Assembly: GCF_009914755.1 (NCBI RefSeq)
Contig: NC_060937.1
DNA length: 64,000 nt
Origin: the human T2T-CHM13v2.0 reference genome, Homo sapiens
Reading direction: 5' to 3' (one strand)
The notes under the pieces were generated by a model. That model was given only the letters and a program-made list of their open reading frames with translations, searched no databases and had not been told where the DNA came from. Below, one piece after another: positions 39,282-54,559 of the stretch. Each line of letters starts with the position of its first letter. The stretch's first letter is position 1. The position numbers and the translations under genes are program-made.

Positions 39282-39499
39282 GAGACAGAATTACCAATAT
39301 GTTTTGTTCATTTTTAGTACTTTATAATTTAATTTCTGCTTAAATATCTTTGGTAATGCTATTGTTAAAAATTTCCTTGTTTTTAGATTTGTTTTTCATA
39401 GCAATTACTTTAGAGTTCTTGTTGAGTTGGATTTTACACCAGACACCACAGGCTCACATCCTAATAAATTTGACATGACATAACACACGTTTTAAAATA

Positions 39500-39643
39500 T
39501 TCCAAATCTCAGTATCTTCTTTTGTAAACTGGAAAAAGTAATCATGATACCTACAGCAGAGTGTTCTTCTGATAATAAAAAGTGCTTTGTACCATGTCTG
39601 ACACAGTGAGTACTCAACAGATGATAGCTATAACAATAATTAT
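39500..39643 (+). mobile_element. MIR 3' part
   Basis: TCTCAGTATCTTCTTTTGTAAACTGG..AAAGTGCTT..TGTCTGACACAGTGAGTACTCAA. Confidence 0.7.
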
Positions 39644-41681
39644 GAAAATGACAGGACTATCCTACAATCAGCAGGAGATGAACCCTCAGCTTTTCAGAAA
39701 TGGTTGTTAAATTGTATTTGTCCAAACATGCTCCAGGTTCTGGTCACTTTAACAATATTTACAATGTTTTAGACCTTTAAATGGGGATGATCAATGGCTA
39801 ACCAGAAAAAATAAATTTAAATCAAATGATTTTGGTTTTCATAATGTTATACTCTAATGTGAAAGAGAACATAAATATAGACCATCAAAATCATAGAGAT
39901 CAAGAATTGTGTCTCTTGCAGACTTCAATATACCTGTCTTTCCCATCTCTTAACCATATTTTATCTACAAAAATGAAGAATATTGTAATTTTCAAATCAA
40001 GCAATAGGAAATTATCATTTAGTTCCAAGAAAATACTTATGTATTTCCATGAGTTATATGCATAAATATTAATTCCTCTCAGCTATGTATTTTCTATTTC
40101 AGCTTTTGTCTTAAATTAAATCCTAATATACCCTGATACCTACATTTCAGTGGCAAATAAAACCTTTAAAAACAACTTTCAAGCCTTTTTTCAATGCCAT
40201 TGAATTCTTTTAGATATTTCAATCCCTTGCTTTGATGGAACCAATGATACCTCTCTATTTTGGATATTATGGTTGTTCTCACAATTATGACCAGCATCAC
40301 TTAATATCTTTTTGTGATAAGGTCTTTAGAAAACAAGATTTCCTAACTGAATTTCTGATAGCCACATATAGAGACTATGACTTCAGCACCTTTTCCTGTG
40401 TATCTATCACTTATATAAAATCAAGAATTTATTGATATTACTAGGGTGGCAAAGTATTGCTAGTTGTTTGATTAGAGAAATCTGTATATTTTATTGTATC
40501 TAGAATGATTTAGAGCGACCCTTTGAATACATTTTTCAGACCTCTGACCTGGGTAGCTAGTAAAATTAATTTTCTTAGTTAAACTATTGAGTTTCAAGTA
40601 TTCCATTTGTCTTTTGCTCTAGGACTTTGTAAGAAAAGAGTACTACTAAGAAGTCCAATAGGAGCAGTGAAATACCTGCTCCACTTTTTAAACAGACATC
40701 TATAACAGAAGTTAAAGAAAAAATATCACCAACAGAGGATCAAACTCTGCAGTTTACTCACATGTGAACCTTGCTAAGGTGGAAGTATTCTAACAGCGCC
40801 TAAAGTAAACAAAAATTGAGATTGAGATAGGAAAATAAATGAAAATTTTCCTCTGGGGCAGGCTAAGGAAAAGAAGATGTAGTGCACAATATTACCGTGA
40901 GGTTTGTTTATTTAAATAGCTTATTATATTTGCATTTTGATGACTCTTATTTCTACACTCTGCTTTCCTAACACTTTTCTACAAATAAGAAAGTGTGTTT
41001 TTCTGCACCTCTACACTAATGATTCCTCACTCAGCAAGGCTTGCACTTATTAAAGCTCTTTATTGCCACTTTGCTTAAAGAGGTGTTTGAACTCTAGCAG
41101 GTAGACAATTCCAGAGGGGAAATTCATTTGAAAGTATTCATAACGCAATACAGAGATTAAAAACTATTGCCATGAACTACATTTTTCTGGTCTCTGCAGA
41201 TATATGAGATTTCTGCACTTTGACTTAAAAATATGAAGAAGATCTTCTCTTGGGTTCAAATATCTAACAGTCTAAGAAATTCTTTCTCATTCATCATTGT
41301 GTGAATACAGAAATTAAATTGGTATTAGTATATGACTCATTGAAGATATAACAACATAGGCTCATTATTTCTTTCTCAAGAAAGCATTTTGAGAAGAATC
41401 CATGGGAGCAGTACAAATCAATTCTATAATTTTCCAACACATGTTTTAAACCATCTTCGCTAATACTATTTTTCTGTAATTACTTTCTATTGAAAAGTTT
41501 GTTCTTTTTATTTTCAACTGTTCTTTTAATGAAACGTAGAGGAATAACAGAAATAACAGTGGACAGACTCACATTTTGCTGAATGTCTTCCTGTTAAAAC
41601 ATGTTTACCCTTCCCAGCCTAAATTGCCCACATAGAAACTTAGGGGAAAGACACTTAGTCTTCACAGAAAGAATGACAACT

Positions 41682-42000
41682 GGCCAGGCGCGGTGGCTTA
41701 CGCCTGTGATCCCAGCACTTTGGAAGGCCGAGGTGGGTGGATTTCGAGGTCAAGAGTTCAAGGCCATCCTGGCCAAGATGGTGAAACCCCGTTTCTACTA
41801 AAAACATGAAAATCAGCTGGGCATGGTGGCGGGCGCCTGTAATCCCAACTTCTTAGGAGGCTGAGGCAGAGAATTGCTTGAACCCAAGAGGTGGAATTTG
41901 AGGTGAGCTGAGATCGTGCCACTGCACTCCAGTCTGGGTGACAGAGCAAGACTCTGTCTCAAAAAAGAAAAAAAAGAAAGAAAGAAAGAAAGAAAGGAAT
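41682..42000 (+). mobile_element. AluS (Sg-type) with (GAAA)n tail
   Basis: Full Alu; GGCCAAGATGG and GAGGCAGAGAATTG variants; TSD AATGACAACT at 41672-41681 and 42001-42010. Confidence 0.95.
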
Positions 42001-43599
42001 AATGACAACTCTAAACTTTTATTTTAAGATAAGTCATGAGTGTTCCACATCCTTAGAATTATCTGGGCAGTAGGAGTCTTAAGCCTCAAAATTTCTTTCA
42101 TGGCATGGCTTCTTTAGTTTTCAACATTCAACCAGAATTTTTTCTCATGCCTATTTAAATGATAAAATGTGCCAGCACTCTAAAATTAATTAAGCATGGT
42201 TGAAACACTGAAGGACTATAGAAAACACTAACTTGAGCACTAAGTAACAGAGTTACATTTGTAAAAATGTGAAGAATAAGGTACAGAGATAGAGTTTCTA
42301 GTTTGAGAGAAGACATGAAGAAAGTCCACCAGGGGATTTGAAGAAAGTCCACGTTTTCAGGATGAGTTGGGAGCAGACAAAGAGTATTCAGTGCAAGAAT
42401 TTGCAGGAAGATATGGTTCAAATTGCATTGTTTGTTCAGGAAGTCATGAGCTGTTCTTTTTAGTAATGAGGTAAGTCACCAGGCAACAAGAAGGCATAAT
42501 GGGAAAATGAGAGCAGTTTAGGAGCAGATTGTAAGATTTTCCATGTAACTTCTGCAAAGTTTCTGCATTTTAATTTGTTTAATTTTGTACCTTAATCAAT
42601 GTACTTTATAGTTAAGACCAATTCGAGTGGAATTATAAAACCAATTTATTATTTTAAGAGGGAGATTCTGTTTCTTTTTGTTTTACCTAAGCATGCAATT
42701 GAATACTTTCCATTCAAATAGGCTGTCATCTCCTTCTTGCATTGTATCAAATACAGCAATTCTCCTCTGGGTTGGGAAGTTATTAATTCAGGAGATTCGA
42801 ATGCCTGAAACTTTGGAAAAGTTGGAGGGATATTCAGCCTTTGGCTAAATATCTCAGATCCTTACAGGACTTTAAATATCAATCTTATATAAGTAGTTGT
42901 TCAAATTTATATCATACATGTAGAATTAATACAACCTAACTTATTTTTCTGAGTTGGCACACCAAATGGGTATCCAGATGCTTTGGATCTTTGAGTTCAA
43001 GACGACCCATTCATAATTTCTGCTATTTTAGTCCTTCCAGGGCCACGTAAGGAATGAGAGTTGTCTTTGCCTTACAGAGTAAAATATGTTTACTGCTTTT
43101 ACTTCCACTCTGCTTGCTTGTACTTCAGTCTCAGTGGATAATTTGCAGAAACCATAAAAGAAAAAAACTAGAATTTTTTTCTTTATCGAAGAGATACATT
43201 TTATTTCATCTCTATCCATGCCCACCTTCCCTGTGGCTTCCCTGAGATCAGTTAAATCTGACTGATCTCAGGTATCAGAATGGTGAGACTTCAAATTATT
43301 TCTTGAATTCTAGGATTCAGGTCTTACTATATTTTCTTACACTCTTCTGAGCATTGCTCCCTATATCTTAGGTCTCTGGTAGCCCCTGGATGATACTAAT
43401 CAGAATTCCAGTTCTCTCATGTAGCAGTAAGTATTTGCTCTACATTGCCTTCTCGAAACATTCTCAATTGTTCTATCCCCCTGTAGCTACAAGGTACATT
43501 TCAAATGCTAACACTAACAAGGATACTTTCTTACCTCAGAGGGCAAGGCTTTCCACTATTTGAATTTCATTTAGATCTTTATTCTTTTGTGGAAACATC

Positions 43600-43735
43600 A
43601 TATGCAACATTGAATCATTTGTACACATGTAGTCTTCTTTATAATGGAGATTATGCTTATTTAAATCTGTATTCCCAATATTCCAGCACAATGCCAAGCA
43701 CATAGCAAATGCCCAAAAGTTGTTTGCTGATTAAG
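43600..43735 (+). mobile_element. L2 3' end
   Basis: TCTGTATTCCCA..CCAGCACAATGCCAAGCACATAGCAAATGCCCAAAAGTTGTTTGCTGA. Confidence 0.7.
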
Positions 43736-43837
43736 AGAAAGAAAAAAAGTGAAGGGAGGAGAAAAAGGGAGAGTGGTGGGGGTAGGGGAGAGAGAGAGAG
43801 AGAGAGACAGAGAAAGAGAAATAGAGAAGAAAAGAAA
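43736..43837. repeat. GA-rich low-complexity tract
   Basis: Directly visible. Confidence 0.85.
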
Positions 43838-46800
43838 GTTAGGCAGGTGTTACCCTACTAAAATTTTAGTTTGTAAAGGATAGATATTCTGTTTTTCCCA
43901 CATGACCTCTACTTAACATATTTTTGATAGATAAATTTCTATTCAACCTAGAAACATAAAACATAATCTATATGTGTGATAAAATATATTTTTAAACATT
44001 TTCAGAACAAAATGTGATATTGTATATATATTCCATTCCATGGACTTCACCTAAGTTTTTCTAAAGCAAAGATAACTAACCTCTATGATTTTTATAAATT
44101 CTGACAGTATTTCAATTTTAAATTATTTTCTTATTATATTCTAAAACTTGGAAATTAAAATACCAGAAAATAAAATTTTCTCTTATAAAATAAAAAAAAA
44201 ACCTGAAAAATCATTGAGCACCTTTTCCTATATTTAATTAGTAAGTATAATTTAGATCACTTGACTTCTCATTTGAAGATGTTTCTGCAGACAGAGTTAT
44301 TATTTTTGTAGAGAGAAGCTACAAAATTCAGTGCATGAACTGCAGTTCTTTCCACACTATTACACTGGACATGCCTGTTAGTCTCTGGAAGGCTTGTCAC
44401 TCTTATGACTATGTAGAAACATTTTGTTTGAGTTTGAAGAAGACGATTGCATTTTGATGATTTGTTTTGCCTCCTGTATCTGACTCTTTATTCTTGAAAT
44501 ATATTCTTTCCAACGATGCCATCATCAAAAAGGGGCATTTTTGTGATGACAGTAAGAATACATCTGATGAAATAGCTACTGGATTCATCATATTTATAAA
44601 GACAGTAATTATGACTTTGGCATTAATTGTGGCCATTGGGGTTTTTTTATTCTTGCCCTTGCCAGTAGGCCCTAAATCTAGGCTTCAATTTCTTTTGCAT
44701 TAACTCTGCTCAAATATAATGATTACCATTTAACTCAGTGGTTACATAATCCTAGTGAAATTTTAATGTGGACATCTTGCATTAACTTTCTTCCCTTTAA
44801 CAACAACAAAAAAGGAAAAGGTGGCCCCTAAATAAATGAAACTCAATTTCACGGCACATTATCTCTTTCAATTCTTTCCTCACAGCTTTCATTTTCATTA
44901 AAATCACAGACAACCATAAATTAATAATTACTTCAGGTTCACTAAATGCAGGCCGTACTATTTAGCTCTTGCTTTCCTACAGTGGCCCTTCTTGTTCATG
45001 CTGGAAAAATGTTAATTTAGATAATATGGCTTGCCCCTTGTCTTATAATTCTGTTTTGCAGTTTCACTGATCTATAATGGTCTGTTCTTATTAAATAGTA
45101 TTAACTTTATCTTTTGTTAAATCAAGCTTTACACTTTGCTTGGAAGATAACTGTTGCAAACTTTCAGTTGAAATGTGTCATTATCTATATATCTATTATA
45201 TTTCAATTGGTCTCAAAATGCTTTGTGTTTTTTACTGACTTGCTTGTGATTCCATGCACTCATAAATGTTTTGTCCATTAGCTAAAAGTGTGTGTTAGAA
45301 GCTCTTACATGGAGAATCAAGATATGGAAACAAAATTCTAAACCTTAATAATTATGAGAAATTCACATAAGCTATATTTTAAAAGATTTAGGTATTTTTG
45401 TCTGATTCACTTAAAGAAGCAGTGACTAAAAATTCAATTCAACTGTTTTTGTTGTTTCTCTGATATTTGAAAACTCTGATTAGCCTCAAGACAAGTTACT
45501 GTATTGTTTACTTAAAACGCTACTTCCTTATACAACGTTTTAAGATATGCATCTATTTTTACAGAGCTTCCAGAAGGAAAGCAGTTACACAATCATAGAC
45601 TAGAACACTGAGAACAATAAAATAGAAGATTTGCCAACTAACATGGAAGTTAACAGTTTAGTCTCTGGCAATGTGACTTTTGAGAATGCTTTCACTTTCT
45701 TAAGTTTAGGTAAATCTAGTGGTTGATTTGAACCAAATAGAACACCCTCAATACTTTAGAATGCATGCTACCGTGAATAATGTTTCATTTAAGTCAAATA
45801 AGTTTAAATTAGACTATAGCAAAAAAAAAAATGGTTAAAAACCTGTCTATATATCCAAGTTTATCTCAAGCTTTTGGGAAATCAAGCAGTTTAATGAAAG
45901 ATATGATAGAGAGGTCTCACCTTTCCCCCAAAGTATAAAACACACATCATCCAACACAATAGTGCTCTCAAAGAAATCCGTAAATATTCCCACCTTCTGT
46001 CCAGTGGAGCAAACATTCCTTGTTACAATATTTCCCCTTTTACTTTGGATTGCTATAAATCAATTCTGTTCGTATTATCCATATTGTATAGAAACCACAT
46101 ACTGCATGATTGGAAGATGTCATATTCCTGTCTGCTCAGTTATTAAATAATATGCTGTATACAAATAAATTATTTTTGAAGAAATATATTGCCACAACTT
46201 ATTTGGTGAATGAACTCATTTCAATAAGTAGATTGTTGACTCCTTCATCCAGTTTATGGCAATTTTTAAAATAATACTGTGGACTGACTTTCTTCACTGT
46301 TAATCCAGGTAGGTAATTGCCTCCAAATTCTCTAATTTGTATTGATGTTACTAAGTGGTAGAGAAACATGACATTTTCATTATTTAATTTTCCAATGACT
46401 ATTTTTCCTAACCATGATAAATCACTTAAGTCATGTTTACTAATGATTATATCCTAAAAATTTCCATGTGTATTGAAACCATAATTGCCCTGAACCCCAC
46501 AATCTGAAAAGTCCCAGAGGAAGCATTTGAAATGAACTCAAACAATACAATAGTTTGGAATTGATCTGGGAATCTCATTTCCCTCTTCGTATCAAAGATT
46601 AACTCTGCTTGCTATAAATATTATGATACTATTTTGCACGTATTATCACTCAATGTTTTAGCCAAAACATAACTCGCCCAATAATACAAATTAATTTTAC
46701 AGGCATTGTACTTTTAACCCTTATATTCTGATATTTTTTAATACATACGAGAAGAAATGGAAGAATCTTAATGTGTTATAATATTTAAAACTTTTTATTC

Positions 46801-47856
46801 TTTCTATTTTTCAATTTAAAAGAAAAAGTGAATTAAATATATTAGAGTGTCATCATTGAAGGCAACTAGATTAAGGGAATGATGTGTTGAAATATTAACA
46901 GATTTTTTTCATTTTAGTCTTAAGCTAAAGATTTCTGTGCACATTTTTACCTTTCCCACAATGTAGAAATATCACTTTCTCTAATCATTTTTTTAATCTG
47001 CTTTACAGTCATGTATTTTTATATTGGAATATATGACATTCTTGTAAATCTTGGAAGGGAGAGATATATTTTACTTAAAGGATTTGTTTATTAATTTGTT
47101 GACATGAAATTGAATGAATAGACTTTGTTCATCCAACAGAATTTATATCCCAGATATATCATGTATTATTTCTTGATTTTTTTAAGCTACTTTTGTTCTT
47201 GGAACCTCAACTTTTTTTTTTTTTTTTTTTTTGTAAAATGAAAATACAATTAACTTTATACAGTTATTTTGAAGGTTAAATAATAAAATGTTTTAAAATA
47301 TTTTCAGAATGGAACTGTTAAATAATACAAGCTACTCCTTTTCTTTTGCCTTTAAAAACTGCTAAATAGAATTTGATTCTTTTAGATAAAATAACAGTTC
47401 AAAACCAGAAAAAAATAAGTAGTTATATTGCTCTTTAACTACTGATTATTTAGAATAGCTTACCTTGTTACAATATGAAAGGGTTTATTGTATTTTTTTC
47501 TTAGGATTACCATAAGAGAGAAAATGTTATGCTATAATGTAGAGTTGTAAGAAACATGACCTAATGCCTGTCAAGCTGTGGTTAATATTAATAAACTTCA
47601 AGCAGCTATATCAATGCTAATAAAGAAGCACTACAAAGGTGAATGACAGGAGAGATTTGGGAAAGTGTTTGATACCTTGTGTCCAGAGAGTCAGAAGGAA
47701 GTGGTTTGTTCCTCAGATAAAAGAGATCAACTCTCTCAGGAATGTCATTGGAATCCTGATGCCTATGACTGAGCACCCAGGAAATATGAGGAAGCTCCTA
47801 TAGCCATAGGTATACTGCCACTAGAGGCAATAGATCACAGAAATCTAGCCATAGAG

Positions 47857-48198
<342 letters not shown>

Positions 48199-48631
48199 TC
48201 AAAAGTGAAAAACTTTTAGGACATTTCCAACAATACACTGGTATTCATTTGAGGAAGTCAAAATTTTCCTTGCAACCCCAAATCCCATTGAAATAACAAA
48301 AGGCATATTTTAAAAGAGATTAAGCTCATTGTGGCTCTGAAAAAGTCACTCAATGCACTATCAGTAGTTTGTAAATATTGAATAAATCTGAAGGTTAGAA
48401 AACATATGGATGCAAATACATAGAGAAACAAAACAAGAATATCTGAGCCCTAAAACTTGTAGGATGAAATATGACAGAAGTAGAAACATTGCAGCAGGCT
48501 CATGCCCATAGTCAGTTAGTGGTGTCAGTGGGCTTTTGGGAGTGATAAAATGAAGAAACACATTTGGAAAAACTACATGATCCAGACTCTCCTTCCCCTG
48601 ATTGTCCTAAGCACCAATAAGAGTGGAATAT

Positions 48632-48703
48632 ACATTTTCTTAATCCAGTCCTGCATGTTGTGCACATGTACCCTAGAACTTAAAGCATAATAATAATAAC
48701 AAA
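48632..48703 (+). mobile_element. Ultra-short 5'-inverted L1PA (PA4/5-like) insertion with 16-bp TSD
   Basis: Antisense GACTGGATTAAGAAAATGT + sense CCTGCATGTTGTGCACATGTACCCTAGAACTTAAAG + (TAA)n tail; AAGAGT(G/A)GAATATACA at 48619-48634 and 48704-48719. Confidence 0.88.
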
Positions 48704-48884
48704 AAGAGTAGAATATACAATATACTGTCAAACTACAGCAGTGATCTGGTGCTTGTGTAACAAAGGGTGAGATCATACCCTAGGTAGCCACTAATCCCAA
48801 GAAAGGATAATTTATACATATACATTAGGGATTATTAGACAATAATAAGAATACTAAAAATTTAAGGAAATCAATATTCAATAC

Positions 48885-49133
48885 AATATTGTTACTGTAT
48901 CTTTCTATACATACTTACCCTTTTGTTGTAATGGCCTTCAATTTTCAGTACAGTAACATGTTGTACAGGTTTATAGCCTAGAAGCAACAGGTTACACCAC
49001 ATAGCCTAGGTATGTGGTGGACTATACCATTTAGGTTTGCATATGTACATTTTATGATGTTTGGACAATGATGAAATCACTTAAATATGCATTTTTCAGA
49101 ACATATCCTCATTGTTAAGCAACACATGACCGG
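48885..49133 (+). mobile_element. Tigger3/MER7 3' part
   Basis: CAGTAACATGTTGTACAGGTTTATAGCCTAG..CATAGCCTAGGT..TTTCAGAACATATCC..GTTAAGCAACACATGAC. Confidence 0.88.
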
Positions 49134-49274
49134 AATTGTATGCTAAAGGATTGAAAATAATGACAAGGAATCTAGAAATATAAAACCACTAGAAGAAAAA
49201 TAAAAGGAAGAAAGCAATGAAAATACAAAACAGTAAAAAAGATATGAAGAAATAATAGTAAAGTATTTGAATGA

Positions 49275-49284
49275 GCTTTAATTC

Positions 49285-49316
<32 letters not shown>

Positions 49317-49681
49317 ATAGCAGAATACCAAAGACTGAATAATCTAATGAGAATAGAGATATCTTTTCACAGTTTCAAAAAATGGGAAGTTGGGAAGTTT
49401 AAGATCAAGATGCTGATATATGGTGTGGGCTTTCTTGCTGTGTGCTCACATGGCAGAAGGCAGAAAAGCGAGAGAGAGAGACAGAGAGAGTGGGGGAGAC
49501 TAGAGACAGGGAGAGAGAGAGGCCACTCCCTCAAGCCCTTTTATAAGTGCATTAGTTCATTCATAATAGGGAAGCCTTCATGACAGAAACAACTTGCAAA
49601 AGGCCCCACTTCCCAACACTATTGCATTATGGATTAAGTTTCCAACACATGAATTTTGGGGGACACATTCAGATAATAACA
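49275..49681 (-). mobile_element. MST (C/D-like) LTR
   Basis: GCTGTTATAGCAGAATACC..AAGATCAAG..CACATGGCAGAAGG..GGATTAAGTTTCCAACACATGAATTTTGGGGGACACATTCA. Confidence 0.85.
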
Positions 49682-49689
49682 GATCCTAA

Positions 49690-51130
<1,441 letters not shown>

Positions 51131-51256
51131 CTTTAAGATTATACACTTTCATGGTGGAAATAATGGAATATTATACACAGGCATATGTACAAGTGAGCCC
51201 CTCTTTAAACAAAATATTTCTAACTATTCAAATTTTATTATCAAGGGAAGTGAATA

Positions 51257-51457
51257 ATTATTGAATATGTCCCATAAACTAAGCATTACTCAAGCACTTT
51301 ATATGAATAATGTAATTCAACATTCACACACACACAAAAATATGAGATGGGTTAAAATTTTGTATCATTAGACAGTTGTGGTGAGTGCCCACGCCAATAT
51401 ACAAGCTTAAGTTGTCTGTCTTCAGAGTCTACATTTAACCTCTATGCTATTCTCCCT
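51257..51457 (-). mobile_element. MIR
   Basis: TATTGAAT..AAGCACTTTATATG..GTCTGTCTTCAGAGTC..TTAACCTCTATGCTAT. Confidence 0.65.
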
Positions 51458-52109
51458 TCAATTAATGAAGGTTCAAACCTGCTTTTAGCTGTGTGACTTA
51501 TACATGAAAATTCCATAATCTTCTTTGGGTCTCACTGAAAACAAACTTCACTATCAGACCATAAAAGAGATATTTAAAATTTACTAAATCCTACATAAAG
51601 ATAATAGAAAAAGGGGTTTATGATGTAGAAAACACCGCATTATTCTAGAGAAACATCCAAGTACCTCTTCTGAGTTTATTGTTCCTAGGAAGTGTCCGGT
51701 ATGCTGTTATTGAATCCCTAAGCCATCTCCTGGAATCCCTCTCTGTACGGAGCAACGAGCATTGTGGTTTTCTTAGCCATTGTGTCAATACATAGATACC
51801 TCAATCTACCAATGAATGTTTTAAAGCATGACAAAGGCCATCATGCCCAGGATAAAAATTTTATTTGCAGTCAGAGAAACAATTGCCTGTTAGGAGGATT
51901 CACTCTCTGTTGAAGGCTGTGTGTGTGTCTGATAATAGCACATATATCATTTTTAAAAAGTGAGGTACCGTTATTTTTCTGCTTCTTGAATCCATCCTGT
52001 TTAAATGTATTTCTGTGTATAAAAGTTTTTTACTTTCTTTTTTGTTGACTTTGTTATTTTATTTCTGGAATCCTGATTTTAAGGTGCTTTTTACAGTTTT
52101 TTTCCCCTG

Positions 52110-52600
52110 CTACCTCCCCACTTATTTCATGGGTGATTCCATTCACTTTAGGAGTTTCAGTGATAATTTTTCCACAGATGCCTCCCATATTGGCATGCCT
52201 TGGCTCTGCCTAGATCTTGAGCCAAACCCAAAAGGGTCTCCATTGTTTTACTAGATAAACGCACAGCGGTACTACAGCCTCACCTCAAACCGAACGTACC
52301 TAATACTAAAAACATGACATTCTCAAAGCCACTTATTTTGTTTTCCCTTTTTCTCTCAGGGTGCTTCTGTTCATCAATTACAAAAACCCAAACTTTACTA
52401 TTTAATGAACATCTTCTTCTACCCATTCTATGAAATATAGTTAACTAGTTATAAAATCCCATAGATCCTGTTCTCAAATATTCTTCACATTTGTCTGTTT
52501 ATTAATATCATCTTGCCTGAATTCTAATAGTCATATTCTACCTAGATTGGTCCCATCACTCTTTCTTTCCCATGTTATTCTACCTAATGCATTATGATTT
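52110..52600 (+). mobile_element. L2 fragment
   Basis: GGTGATTCCATTCAC..GATGCCTCCCATAT..CACCTCAAAC. Confidence 0.5.
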
Positions 52601-52620
52601 ATCTTGATATCTTGATAAAG

Positions 52621-52798
52621 CTCCCGAGTAGCTGGGACTACAGGCATGCACCACAATGCCCAGCTAATTTTTGTATTTTTAGCAGATATAGGGTTTCACC
52701 ATGTTGGCCAGGATGGTCTCGATCTCTTGACCTCGTGATCCACCGACCACAGCCTCCCAAAGTGCTGGGCTTACAGGCTTGAGCCACCACGCCCGGTC
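52621..52798 (-). mobile_element. AluSc, 3'-truncated (no tail)
   Basis: Left arm plus ~45 nt of right arm; GGATGGTCTCGATCTCTTGACCTCGTGATCC. Confidence 0.92.
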
Positions 52799-53029
52799 AA
52801 CAAATCTTTAACTTCTCAATTTCTGGGTTCAACTTAGAAAGTTGAAGATGAGCTAGATATAATCTCCTCTCCTCCACTCTCTAAAGAAGTCCTACAATAA
52901 GTCTTATGTGCTACCACTTTCACAGACTATTTGTGATCAAACAAGGAGCACTCTTGTCCTTTTCTCAATTCTATGTCATTTTGTTTGCAACTCTTATGGT
53001 AAGTATCCCAAAATATTGTTAGAAGCTAC

Positions 53030-53390
53030 ATAGTGCTTCTCAGGCTTCAAATTGGAATTTGAATATGGAATCTATTTTGGAAAATATTAAACTTTTCTGA
53101 GCCTGCATTTTTATTTGTATTATGGGGAAAGTGTTACATACCTCACATTAATAGAAGATCTTTGAAGTCTAGAAATCAGAACCAGACATAGAGTAAACTT
53201 TCAATAAATATTAATTTTCATATGCAACCACTATTCATTAGATTACATTCTTGTTTTTTATACTCCTACAAAATTATAACTTTCTTGAGCACAAGTATTT
53301 TCATTTTGACACGACTATATAACTGTCTTCTTTTGTTACACCTATACAGATCCTTACACTGAGTAGGCATTTAATAAAATGTATTAAATT
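53030..53390 (+). mobile_element. MIR followed by L2 3' end
   Basis: CTTTTCTGAGCCTG..TACCTCAC..ACATAGAGTAAACTTTCAATAAATATT; ACACTGAGTAGGCATTTAATAAA. Confidence 0.55.
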
Positions 53391-54559
53391 AAAACTTTTT
53401 GTTTACTAATTGACATAATTTTAAAGTTACAAATTTAGATTATTTCTTAAACATTTGTCTGGTTTTCTCACCGGAAGTTTATTGAACTTAGTTCAATCTG
53501 TGATTTTAAGCAGTATCAATGACATGAGAGGACAGGAATGCCTGACCTGTAAATTCTGAGGTTAACATTGTACATGAGAACTACTGCTCATGGAAAAATG
53601 CATGATTTTTCTTGAAAACAATTCCAGGAAATATACTGCTATATAGATTGGGTTATATCCATCCAGCATAGTATTGAATGTCTGCTATGTCCATTGCTTG
53701 TCCAAATTTAGATTATGAGTAACAGAGTCATACAAAGTTTACTAACAGGAAAAAGTAATTGTTTAGACAATGTTCCTCCTCATTGTATCAAAATGTTTCA
53801 CACATAGTTACAATGTAGAGAAGGAATAAAGAAAGGTTAGCTTTGAAAGTATCCTTCAAAATGCAAAAATGCACAAGAATTTTGCAATAGGACTTTAACT
53901 TACTATTTTAAAACTTTTACAAGTTGTCCACTTTGCATTATTCTATTTTTCTATTGTCTATTTTGCATGGCGCTATGCACTTTTTGTGCCAGGTAGCATA
54001 ATGATATTTTAAAGAAATATGAAGAGGTTACATAAGTGTGAAGTAAGTGCAGAAATGTTGTTTGGTAAATATTTTATTAAACGGCAGAACCATTTAATTT
54101 ATTTTTATCATTGCGTATTTCTTCTATGAAGGTATAAAGTAAGCCACCTCTAGAAAACAGTATGAGAAGTCAAAATTGAGGAAACATTATCCATATCAAC
54201 TCAGGGTTAAATTAAATTAATAAATAATTTGAGATATAAGCAAAATGCCACCATTTTATTCATCATAAACAGATATCACAAATTAGTGAAACCCTAGTAA
54301 CTGATAGCATATTTCAACACGGTCCCTACAAAATGGGTATAAAGCAAGTTAAATATACAGTTAGGTCTACATAGGTCTACAGTAAGTATAATCTATATTA
54401 GATTTCCTCATTTTTTTTTCCCTCTACTACTCAAATATGTCAAATCTCCTTCTTCTCACTGAAGCCAAGAAATATACTTGGTAGGCTATCTGCTAGAAAT
54501 GTAAACCAAAAAAATGTAGCATGGAGAATAAATTATTAAAGATAAAATATCAAGAATTA

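Noticed and set aside
44409-44703. Overlapping 75-78 aa ORFs, one with a hydrophobic stretch
   Set aside because: No recognisable homology, no convincing splice signals, lengths expected by chance
54362-54381. TAGGTCTACA x2 (also AGATTTCT repeats near 29278)
   Set aside because: Ordinary short slippage duplications
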